Shown piece after piece: positions 10,291 through 18,723 of a stretch of DNA of 64,000 nucleotides (positions within the stretch are counted from its first letter, which is position 1; the number at the start of each line of letters is the position of its first letter). Under the pieces are notes generated by a model that ran no database searches, was not told the origin of the DNA, and saw only the letters and a program-made list of their open reading frames with translations. Where the stretch lies: NCBI RefSeq assembly GCF_004799405.1, contig NZ_SSMW01000130.1, forward strand, positions 29,238-93,237, in the 5' to 3' direction. The stretch comes from Bradyrhizobium sp. (lineage in GTDB: Bacteria; Pseudomonadota; Alphaproteobacteria; Rhizobiales; Xanthobacteraceae). The translations under genes and the position numbers were made by a program.

Positions 10291-11686
10291 TGGCAGACTT
10301 TTCCGGGGCGGCTGCCACATCGATCCAGCGGGTGCGCGCGAGTTCAAAGGGCGAGGCGGTGTGGACCACGTGGTTGAGGTGAAACTCGAACACCTGGCCG
10401 CGTTCGATTTCGGCGGGCGAAAACGGGAAAGCGTAGCTCGGTATCTCCGTTCCCTCCCGCACCGGGAAGTGGAAGAAAAAGGGATTGCACACCCTGGCGG
10501 CTTCGGTCGCCATCGCCTGCGTCGGGGCGGTGGCGATGAACATCAGCCCGATCTCGCGCGGCGGCGCGGCGTTGCCGCCGGCGGGACGTCCGGATACCGC
10601 GTTCCAGCCGTAGGGGCGAAGCGAAATGTCGATGCTTCCGGCCTCGGCGCCGAGGGTACGGTTGACGCGCTCGCGCAGGCCCCGCGCCATGCGCTCGACA
10701 AAGCCGTCGACATCTTCCAGCACCGCCGGGTCCTCGATGCCGATCAGCATGATGGTCTGGAACGGACCGCCGCCGGCGCCTTCCAGTTTCATCGTGTAGG
10801 GCTTGGTCTCCCACCGCGATCCAGTGACGCGGACGCGCCGGTCGTCAAGCGCACGGTACTGCGCCTCGGTGACATCGAGCACGCCGCCGGGCTCGACCAG
10901 GCGGAACGGATCGCTGTTCTCGTAGAGCATGTGCGCGGACACCGTTTCCGGCGTGCAGCGGTTTTGCGGCGACAGGGGTTCAATGGTGAAGCCATCGCGA
11001 TCGATGCTCATCATGACGCCGGGACCGGTCGGATTGACGCTGCAGAGGCCGCCGCACTCGGCGATCTTGGCCGCATGCCAGGCGGCTGCGACATGGGCGC
11101 CGCGCATCAGGGGGATGGCGGCAAGTACCGCGGTGTCGGTGGTGCGCCCGCCAAGCACGATGTCGGCGCCGGCGGCGACCGCGGCCATGTAGGGCTCCGG
11201 TCCCAGCAGGGCGACAATGTGGTTGCAGGCCTCGAGGCTGGCGTCGCTGAGCGGTCCGGCCGGCGCCAGCGGCGTCACCATCCCGCCCGCGCTTCGGACC
11301 TTGAGATCCTCCTTGCCCTGTTCGGAATAGATCACCGCAATCCTGAGCGCCTCGCCGTGCTCGCGGGCCACTTCGATGGTCGTCTCAAGGGTTTGGTCCA
11401 CCGCCATGTCGCAGCCGGAGGTGCCGCAGGAGCCGATCAGCAGGGGAACGCCGGCACGGCGGCGGATATCCATGAGCAGCGACAGATCGCGTTTGATCGA
11501 CTGGCGGCCGTATTTGGTCCGGCCGGTGGCGAGATAGGCCGGACCGCTGTCGGTCGACCCGGCGTCGATTGCGATGGCGTGCGGCTTGAGGGCAAGCCCG
11601 GCCTCGAGTTCGTCGGCGCTGACGCCCCATCCCAGCACGCCCGCCGGCACCAGAACGCGAACGCATTGCTCTTCCTCAACGGTCAT
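10283..11686 (-). CDS. AtuA/DUF1446-like protein (tentative family call)
   Basis: Track ORF 10283..11851 trimmed to ATG 11684-11686 (MTVEEEQCVRVLVPAG...), because the upstream part is made of a repeat element. The family call rests mainly on the usual pairing with a DUF4387 partner. The N-terminus does not show the FWGD motif I recall from Pseudomonas AtuA. Confidence 0.45.
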   Translation of the reverse strand: MTVEEEQCVRVLVPAGVLGWGVSADELEAGLALKPHAIAIDAGSTDSGPAYLATGRTKYGRQSIKRDLSLLMDIRRRAGVPLLIGSCGTSGCDMAVDQTLETTIEVAREHGEALRIAVIYSEQGKEDLKVRSAGGMVTPLAPAGPLSDASLEACNHIVALLGPEPYMAAVAAGADIVLGGRTTDTAVLAAIPLMRGAHVAAAWHAAKIAECGGLCSVNPTGPGVMMSIDRDGFTIEPLSPQNRCTPETVSAHMLYENSDPFRLVEPGGVLDVTEAQYRALDDRRVRVTGSRWETKPYTMKLEGAGGGPFQTIMLIGIEDPAVLEDVDGFVERMARGLRERVNRTLGAEAGSIDISLRPYGWNAVSGRPAGGNAAPPREIGLMFIATAPTQAMATEAARVCNPFFFHFPVREGTEIPSYAFPFSPAEIERGQVFEFHLNHVVHTASPFELARTRWIDVAAAPEKSASA

Positions 11687-11717
11687 GCGGATTGCACTTT
11701 CGGCCGGTCCGTCCCGG

Positions 11718-11822
11718 CTAGAGCCGTTTCCGTTCCGATGGAATCGGAACGGAGCTCTAGATTCTTGTTTTGACGCGTTTTCTTTACGCGAACCGGTATC
11801 CACTTCGCTCGAAAACGCTCTA
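11718..11822. repeat. ~105-bp REP/MITE-like intergenic element, family A copy 1
   Basis: Imperfect palindrome CTAGAGCCGTTTCCGTTCCGATGGAATCGGAACGGAGCTCTAG (11718-11760) plus a conserved arm ...GGTATCCACTTCGCTCGAAAACGCTCTA. It aligns by eye with 33111..33210 and partly with 45112..45156. Confidence 0.8.
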
Positions 11823-13223
11823 ACGCGATATCTCCTCGAGTTCGAGGTCAAGCGTGCGTGGCCCCCAATAGCCGATCGAGACGACCACGATCAGCATCGC
11901 CACCGCGATCAGGCCGAACACGCCCTTGGTGCCCGCGTTCTCCAGGAAGAAGGCAATGATGAAGCTGGCGAACACCGCGCTGATCCGGCTCAGCGAGTAG
12001 GTGAACCCGACCGCACGGGCGCGAACCCGGGCGGGAAACAATTCACTCTGGTAATTGTGGAACGAGTAGGACAGCACGTTGTTCGACAGCGTGATCAGCA
12101 CGCCGAACAGGACCAGTAGCGGCATCGTGGTCTGGAACGAGAACGCCATTCCGAAAACGCCGATGCAGCAGGCTGCGCCGACCAACTGCCATTTCCGTTC
12201 GCACTTGTCGGCGAAGCTCATGGCCAGCAGCGGACCGAACGGATTGGCGATCGCGATGATGAAGGAATAGAGCAGGCTGGCGCCTAGATTGATGCCGGTT
12301 TGCTTGGCGATCAGCGTCGGCACCCAGGCGGCGAAGCCGTAGAAGCCGAAGGTCTGGAAGAACTGGAACACCATCAGCATGAAAGTACGGCTGCGATAGC
12401 GCGGCTCGAAGATTTCGGCGAGACGGCCGACCGGCTCGGCCTTCTCGACCGAATGGGTGTCGGGCGCCGGCAGCGACGCACCACCGAGGTCCGCCATCAC
12501 CTTGGCTTCGATCGAAGCAGTCACCGCCTCGGCCTCGTCCAGCCGTCCCTGGTTGATAAGCCAGCGCGGACTTTCCGGGATGTTGCGGCGGATAAACCAG
12601 ACAAAGATTGCGCCGGTCGAGCCGATCAGGACCACCCATCGCCAGCCGTCGTAACCGAGCGGACTGATCGGCACCAGTTGGTAGGCGATGAAGGCGACGA
12701 TGGGGACTACCGAGAACTGGACGGCCTGGTTGAAGGCGAAGGCGCGACCGCGCATCGATTTCGGCACGAGTTCGGCGATGTAAGTATCGATCGTGACCAA
12801 CTCCACGCCGATGCCGATGCCGGCGATCAGCCGCCACAGGCAGACGCCAAAACCGGTGTCCTGAAACGCCATCACCATGGTCGCTGCGCTGTACCACAGC
12901 ATGGAGTAGGTGAAGATCGCCCGCCGGCCGTATTTGTCGGCGAAGTAGGCGAAGACGAAAGTGCCGATGAACAGGCCGGTGAAGGTCGCGGCCACAAACA
13001 GCGCGGGGCCGGCGAATATGCTGACCTTCGCATTGGCGAGCAGGCCGGCCTTCATCAGGCCGGGAACGACATAGGCGGTCATGAACAGGTCGTAGAGCTC
13101 GAACATGCCGCCAAGCGAGAGCATGGTGATGAGCAGCCACACATGCCGCGTGCCCGGGAGCCGGTCCAGGCGTGCGAGAATGCTGGCTGCGCGGGTTTGG
13201 CCGGATGCGTCCGTCGTGGTCAT
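11820..13223 (-). CDS. MFS transporter
   Basis: 467 aa with about 12 hydrophobic segments and an MFS loop motif DKYGRRAIF after TM2. Substrate unknown. Confidence 0.8.
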   Translation of the reverse strand: MTTTDASGQTRAASILARLDRLPGTRHVWLLITMLSLGGMFELYDLFMTAYVVPGLMKAGLLANAKVSIFAGPALFVAATFTGLFIGTFVFAYFADKYGRRAIFTYSMLWYSAATMVMAFQDTGFGVCLWRLIAGIGIGVELVTIDTYIAELVPKSMRGRAFAFNQAVQFSVVPIVAFIAYQLVPISPLGYDGWRWVVLIGSTGAIFVWFIRRNIPESPRWLINQGRLDEAEAVTASIEAKVMADLGGASLPAPDTHSVEKAEPVGRLAEIFEPRYRSRTFMLMVFQFFQTFGFYGFAAWVPTLIAKQTGINLGASLLYSFIIAIANPFGPLLAMSFADKCERKWQLVGAACCIGVFGMAFSFQTTMPLLVLFGVLITLSNNVLSYSFHNYQSELFPARVRARAVGFTYSLSRISAVFASFIIAFFLENAGTKGVFGLIAVAMLIVVVSIGYWGPRTLDLELEEISR

Positions 13224-13366
13224 CGTTCCCCCCTGTTGTTTTTTTGAATGGCGACCGCAAGGGCCGCTCGTCGGTTGGCGGCGAGCATGCTCGCTTTTTT
13301 TCCATTATTGTAGGGGGCTGTCCGGATATTGTCTTCACCTTATGGCTACAAGTGTGGTTCGGGACG

Positions 13367-13400
13367 AAAAAAACCGCCCGGTTTTGCCGGACGGTTTTTT
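13367..13400 (-). terminator. Rho-independent terminator of rne (potentially bidirectional)
   Basis: On the minus strand, CCGUCCGG-CAAAA-CCGGGCGG (one G-U pair) is followed by a U run. It is flanked by an A run at 13367-13373 and a T run at 13395-13400, about 20 nt after the rne stop. Confidence 0.75.
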
Positions 13401-13420
13401 CGCATCGCCAACCGGATTTT

Positions 13421-16400
13421 CTATTCGCCGTTACCGAAACGGCGCGACCACCATCCGGCGCGTCGGGGCTGGTTGTCGTCGGCCGCCGCGGGAGCGGGTT
13501 CGGCGACCGGGGCAGGGCCCGACGGCTCGGACTGGCTGCTGCTGACCGGTGCCGCGGTCTCGGTGGGCTGGGCATTGACCAGGAAGCTTACCTTTTCGCG
13601 CACCGTCGATCGCCGCCGCGCGGCTCGTTCGGCTTCCTGAGCGGTCTCTGCTTCGGTCGAGCTACGCGCCGGCTCGGGCGGAACGTGATCCGCATCATGA
13701 TGGAAGCTGGGTGATGGCGCTACGAGTTCGGGCTGCATTGCCGGCCGATACGGCTCGGGTGGCACGCCGTCGAAATCGGCCACCGCGGTTGCGGCTTCCG
13801 GAGCCGAGGTTGGCCCGAGTTCGTCTTGAATCGATCCGGCCAGACCGTCTTCCGGTCCGCCGCGCCGGCGGCGTCCACCGCGGCGTCCGCGACGGCGAGG
13901 CCGCCGCTCGCCGCCTGGCGCCTGATCGGTGCGAACCGCACCGGGCTGGTCCTCGGCTTCGTCCTCGTCGGATTCGCTTTCTTCGGCAACGATGCCATCG
14001 GCTGCGGCGGGGTTGGCCGCAATGCGCCCAGCTTCGTTCTCGTCACGCACAAAGCCGCCTTCACGCGGCTCGCCGGAACGGCCGCGCCGCCGCCGTCGCC
14101 GCTTGCGCTTGTGGCCTTCGGCATCGGTTTCGCCGTGGCTTGCCTCGCCGGCAGGGGAATCGTCGGTCAACCCTTCGGTCTCGTCGGTCTCGACTTCCGC
14201 CTCGGTCTCGATGTCGAACGGCTCGTCCTCGTCGAAGGCCTCCTCGGTCTGCGGCGGGAAAGCCGCCACCTGCGCCGCCAGCAACGCCTTGGCCGCCTCC
14301 AGCGTGTGCACCTGTTCGCCGCGATCGATGACGAAGGACTGCTGGCCGCTCACGGTCGGATCGGCGATCACCGCCAGCGTCACCTTGAAGCTGTTTTCCA
14401 GATCGCGCAGATGACCGCGCTTGTGATTGAGGACATAAAGCGCGACATCGGTCCGGGTCCGCACCACGAGATTGTGGGTCGCGCCTTTCATCAAGATTTC
14501 TTCAAGCCCGCGCAACAACTGCAAGGCCACCGAAGATACCGAGCGGACGTGGCCGCTGCCGCCGCATTGCGGGCAGGGTTCGGTCGAACTCTCCAGCACG
14601 CTGGCGCGAATGCGCTGGCGCGACATTTCCAGCAGGCCGAAATGCGAGATGCGTCCGACCTGGATTCGCGCACGGTCCTGCCGCAGGCAATCGCTGAGCT
14701 TGCGTTCGACCGAGCGGTTGTTGCGCTTCTCGTCCATGTCGATGAAATCGATGACGATCAGTCCCGCGAGGTCGCGCAGGCGCAATTGCCGGGCGACTTC
14801 CTCTGACGCCTCGAGGTTGGTCTTGAGCGCGGTATCCTCGATGTGATGCTCGCGGGTCGAACGTCCCGAATTGACGTCGATCGACACCAGCGCCTCGGTC
14901 TGGTTGATGACGATGTAGCCGCCGGACCGCAATTGTACCGTCGGCGAGAACATCGCATCGAGCTGGCTCTCGACGCCCATCCGCGAGAACAGCGGCTGGC
15001 CGTCGCGATACTGCCTGACCGCGCGTACATTGGACGGCATCAGCATCTTCATGAAGTCGCGGGCTTCCTGATAGCCGGCTTCGCCGGCGACCTGGATTTC
15101 GTCGATTTCCTTGTTGTAGAGATCGCGCAGCGATCGCTTGATCAGCGAGCCTTCCTCGTAGACGAGGGTCGGCGCCTGCGACCTCAGCGTCATGTCGCGC
15201 ACGGTTTCCCACATCCGGATCAGGTATTCGAAATCGCGCTTGATCTCGGGCTTGGTGCGCGAGGCGCCGGCGGTGCGCAGAATGATCCCCATGCCTTCGG
15301 GCACGTCGAGATCCTGCACCACTTCCTTCAACCGCGAGCGATCCTGCGCCGAGGTGATCTTGCGGCTGATGCCGCCGCCGCGCGCGGTGTTGGGCATCAA
15401 GACCGCATAGCGGCCGGCCAGCGAAAGGTAGGTCGTCAGCGCCGCGCCCTTGTTGCCGCGTTCTTCCTTGACCACCTGCACCAGCATCACCTGGCGGCGC
15501 TTGATCACCTCCTGGATCTTGTACTGGCGGCGCGGACGGAAGGCGCGCTCCGGCACCTCTTCCATGACGTCGTCGCCGCCGACGGATTCGACGACTTCCT
15601 CTTCGGTCTCCTCGCCGTCGTCTTCATCGTCCGGATGTTCGTCGCCATGCGGGGCGGCGGCCTGCCCGGCGTGGTCCGATCCGGCCTGCTCGCCGTCGCT
15701 GTGCTCGGCATGTTCGGTGGATGGCGCGTCGTCGGCATGGGCCGCGTTTTCGCGCGCGTGCTGATCATGGGCATGCTCGTCGTCATGCTCGCCATGTGCT
15801 TGTTCTGCGTGGGTTTCCGTGCCGGCCGGGGCATCCGGCGAGGCGGCAGCGGATGCCTCGATGGCTTCCGAGACAGGCGTGGCGTGCTGTTGGTCCGGTG
15901 CCGGCTCCTCGCTCGCGGCGTGAGCGTGGTCGTCATGCGCATGTTCGTGCGAATGGTCGTGACCGTCATGGTCATGATGCCCAGCATCCGCATGATGATG
16001 TTCGGTGTCGTGCAAATGGCCGTGATCGTGTTCGGCGTGTTCGCCTTCCGGGCGTCCGCTTTCGAAGTGTTCATGATCTTCATGCGGCCGGGCTGCCTGC
16101 GCCGGATCGATGCTGGCATGCTCGACGACGTCGCTCTGGACTCGCTCGCCATGGCCGCGGCGGCGCGAGTTGCGGTGGCGCGGACGGCGGCCGCGATGGT
16201 TGGAGCGGTTTTCGGACTCTTCCTCGGCTTCGCGATGGGCGCGTTCGTCGGCCTCGATCAGCGCCTGGCGATCGGCGACCGGGATTTGATAATAGTCGGG
16301 ATGGATTTCGCTGAAGGCCAAAAATCCGTGACGGTTGCCGCCATATTCGATGAAGGCGGCCTGCAGCGACGGCTCTACGCGCGTGACCTTGGCGAGATAG

Positions 16401-16525
16401 ATGTTGCCGCGAAGTTGCTTGCGCTGGGCGGTCTCGAAATCAAACTCTTCGACGCGATTGCCGCGGACCACTACGACCCGGGTCTCTTCCGGGTGGGTGG
16501 CGTCGATCAACATTTTGTTGGGCAT
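13421..16525 (-). CDS. rne: ribonuclease E
   Basis: 1034 aa with N-terminus MLIDATHPEETRVVVV, core motif KEERGNKGAALTTYLSLAGRY, Zn-link CPQCGGSG and an Arg/Glu/Pro-rich C-terminal scaffold region. Confidence 0.95.
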   Translation of the reverse strand: MPNKMLIDATHPEETRVVVVRGNRVEEFDFETAQRKQLRGNIYLAKVTRVEPSLQAAFIEYGGNRHGFLAFSEIHPDYYQIPVADRQALIEADERAHREAEEESENRSNHRGRRPRHRNSRRRGHGERVQSDVVEHASIDPAQAARPHEDHEHFESGRPEGEHAEHDHGHLHDTEHHHADAGHHDHDGHDHSHEHAHDDHAHAASEEPAPDQQHATPVSEAIEASAAASPDAPAGTETHAEQAHGEHDDEHAHDQHARENAAHADDAPSTEHAEHSDGEQAGSDHAGQAAAPHGDEHPDDEDDGEETEEEVVESVGGDDVMEEVPERAFRPRRQYKIQEVIKRRQVMLVQVVKEERGNKGAALTTYLSLAGRYAVLMPNTARGGGISRKITSAQDRSRLKEVVQDLDVPEGMGIILRTAGASRTKPEIKRDFEYLIRMWETVRDMTLRSQAPTLVYEEGSLIKRSLRDLYNKEIDEIQVAGEAGYQEARDFMKMLMPSNVRAVRQYRDGQPLFSRMGVESQLDAMFSPTVQLRSGGYIVINQTEALVSIDVNSGRSTREHHIEDTALKTNLEASEEVARQLRLRDLAGLIVIDFIDMDEKRNNRSVERKLSDCLRQDRARIQVGRISHFGLLEMSRQRIRASVLESSTEPCPQCGGSGHVRSVSSVALQLLRGLEEILMKGATHNLVVRTRTDVALYVLNHKRGHLRDLENSFKVTLAVIADPTVSGQQSFVIDRGEQVHTLEAAKALLAAQVAAFPPQTEEAFDEDEPFDIETEAEVETDETEGLTDDSPAGEASHGETDAEGHKRKRRRRRRGRSGEPREGGFVRDENEAGRIAANPAAADGIVAEESESDEDEAEDQPGAVRTDQAPGGERRPRRRGRRGGRRRRGGPEDGLAGSIQDELGPTSAPEAATAVADFDGVPPEPYRPAMQPELVAPSPSFHHDADHVPPEPARSSTEAETAQEAERAARRRSTVREKVSFLVNAQPTETAAPVSSSQSEPSGPAPVAEPAPAAADDNQPRRAGWWSRRFGNGE

Positions 16526-17226
16526 TTTGGGACTCTTGACGGCGGGGGGCGCGTATCACGGCGAGCGCGTAGCGCGCGGCCGGGTGACGCGACGGTCCAC
16601 CTGATTCGGGGGTGAGGGGAAGGCCAAAACGCAATCCGGAGCGCCCCGCCGCACGCGATCCCGGCGGAGCAACGCGACGCGCGGAACTTTCGCTCCGCGT
16701 CGACGCAGTTATTCCGTGGATCATGGTCGGCAACACAGTCTGGCGCATCAAGCGTCGGCCCGTCTGAACACGTTGGCGGCAAAAAGCGCCGCCTTGTCTG
16801 TCGCTGAAGGCCCGGCGCGGCGCCAAAGCGCTCGCCGGTCATCGCGTGCCGAGCTCTGCAGCCCGGATAATCGGTTATGTCGTGTCTGGGAGCCGTCCCG
16901 GGAACAAGGTGGTAACCTGGAACCGGACGCCGCCTGGGCTCGAAACCGCCGCTCCTAGTCAGCCGCGCGCTGCGCTGGCTGTGGAGGGATCGGAAAGACG
17001 CTGGAATCTTCTTAAAGGAAGGTTCCGGCGCTGCACCGGGAGGCTGAACACGACACAACCGGGAGTTTTGACCGTCAGCCCTACGTACATACGTGGATTG
17101 ACGCCCCCATGCAAGGGAGGCGTCGCAACCCGGCAACACTTCGCCTTATTCGCCGGAACAGTGTTAAGCTGCGATTAACCCTGCAGTTCTAATGCGGTAA
17201 GAGGTCTGCCCGGAGGCACCGAATCG

Positions 17227-18516
17227 TTGGCGAACCGTGCAAATCACCTTGTTTTACTGGGATACTCGCTAGTGTGCGGCGCAGCATTGCCGTGTCTGGC
17301 GCCGGCCGCGCTCGGCGCGGCTGAGCGTCAATCCTCCATCCCGGTGGCGGCCTCGATGTTTCCCATCGCCTCCGGCGTCCGTCTGGCCGGCGACGCCAGG
17401 CAGACCCGCTTTGTGCTCGATCTCGACAAGACCGTGCCGTTTCGCGCCTTTCCACTGGCCGATCCTTATCGGGTGGTGGTCGACATCCCCCAGGTCAATT
17501 TTCAGCTTCCATCGGGCGCCGGTACGGAGGGACGGGGGCTGGTCAAGGCGTTCCGCTATGGCCTCGTGATGCCCGGCGGTTCGCGGATCGTGTTCGATCT
17601 GACGGGGCCCGCCAAAATCGCAAACTCCTACATGCTCGACGCGGCCAACGGCCAGCCGCCGCGCCTTGTGCTCGAACTGGAAGAAGTCGACCGCACCGCG
17701 TTCGTTCAATCGCTGGCGGCGGAGAGCCGGCCCGAATTGAAGCCTGCGATCGCCGACGCGCCGATCGCCGCGGAACCTGCGGCCGTATCCAAACCGGCCG
17801 CGGCGGTGGATTTGCGTCCTGTGATCGTGATCGATCCGGGCCATGGCGGCATCGACAACGGCACCCAGGCGGGCAGCGAAAACGAAAAGAAGCTGGTGCT
17901 GGATTTCGGGCTTGCGTTGCGCGACCGCATTGAAAAGAGCGGCAAATACCGCGTCGTCATGACCCGCACCGACGATACTTTCATCCCGCTTGCCGACCGG
18001 GTGAAGATCGCCCGCAACCAGTCCGCGGCGCTGTTTGTGTCGATTCATGCCGACGCGTTGCCGCGCCGCGAGGGCGATGCCCAGGGGGCGACGATCTACA
18101 CGCTGTCCGACCGCGCCTCCGACGCGGAGGCCGAGCGGCTGGCGGAAGCGGAAAACAAGGCCGACGCCATCGGCGGGGTCAACCTCACCGAGGAGCCGAC
18201 CGACGTCGCCGACATTCTGATCGACCTGGCGCAGCGTGAAACCCGTAACTTCTCCAACCGGTTCGCCCGTCTCTTGATGAGCGACATGAAGAACACCGTG
18301 CGGATGCACAAGAACCCGCTCAAATCGGCCGGATTCAAGGTGTTGAAGGCCCCCGACGTGCCATCGGTGCTGATCGAACTCGGCTATGTCTCCAACAAGG
18401 GCGACCTCGAAAATCTGGTGTCGGAGAGCTGGCGTTCCCGCACCGTCGGATCGATGGCGCATGCGATCGACGCTTTCTTCGCCAAACGCCTCGCAACCGC
18501 CGGGCCGGCGAATTGA
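17227..18516 (+). CDS. N-acetylmuramoyl-L-alanine amidase with N-terminal AMIN-like domain
   Basis: Amidase_3-type catalytic region (VIVIDPGHGGIDNG ... FVSIHADA) after an AMIN-like segment (TRFVLDLDKTVPFRAF...YRVVVDIP). The start is TTG in the track, so the exact start is uncertain. Confidence 0.85.
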   Translation: MANRANHLVLLGYSLVCGAALPCLAPAALGAAERQSSIPVAASMFPIASGVRLAGDARQTRFVLDLDKTVPFRAFPLADPYRVVVDIPQVNFQLPSGAGTEGRGLVKAFRYGLVMPGGSRIVFDLTGPAKIANSYMLDAANGQPPRLVLELEEVDRTAFVQSLAAESRPELKPAIADAPIAAEPAAVSKPAAAVDLRPVIVIDPGHGGIDNGTQAGSENEKKLVLDFGLALRDRIEKSGKYRVVMTRTDDTFIPLADRVKIARNQSAALFVSIHADALPRREGDAQGATIYTLSDRASDAEAERLAEAENKADAIGGVNLTEEPTDVADILIDLAQRETRNFSNRFARLLMSDMKNTVRMHKNPLKSAGFKVLKAPDVPSVLIELGYVSNKGDLENLVSESWRSRTVGSMAHAIDAFFAKRLATAGPAN

Positions 18517-18723
18517 AAAGGGGAACCGTCCGGTGATGGAAGCCCTAGTTTGGCCACAGCGGCTGCACTATAAAAAGCGGCCGCCGGATCTTCGGAATCG
18601 ATCGAAATTCCCGGCCGGCCAGCATGTTAATCGCGGCTGCGGAATCGATCGTTCCGCGGCGGATGTCGCGCCCAGGAAAACGCCGGTCGTCGCGGCGGCA
18701 GTGATTGAAACGGAACTTCAATA

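Noticed and set aside
10277-11773. 498-aa plus-strand ORF
   Set aside because: It is antisense to the AtuA-like gene, with shadow-ORF composition (Gly/Arg/Ala/Asp).
12043-13575. 510-aa minus-strand ORF overlapping the MFS gene in another frame and extending into the rne terminator region
   Set aside because: It is an out-of-frame overlap with a well-supported polytopic MFS ORF. The translation is Arg/Pro-rich and crosses an intrinsic terminator.
14843-16615. 590-aa plus-strand ORF, and 13711..14806 plus-strand ORFs
   Set aside because: They are antisense to rne. The rne frame carries unmistakable RNase E motifs.
16507-17139. 210-aa minus-strand ORF in the rne upstream region
   Set aside because: It overlaps the rne start out of frame. 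It is Arg/Pro/Gly-rich with no domain features, so I treat the region as non-coding leader.
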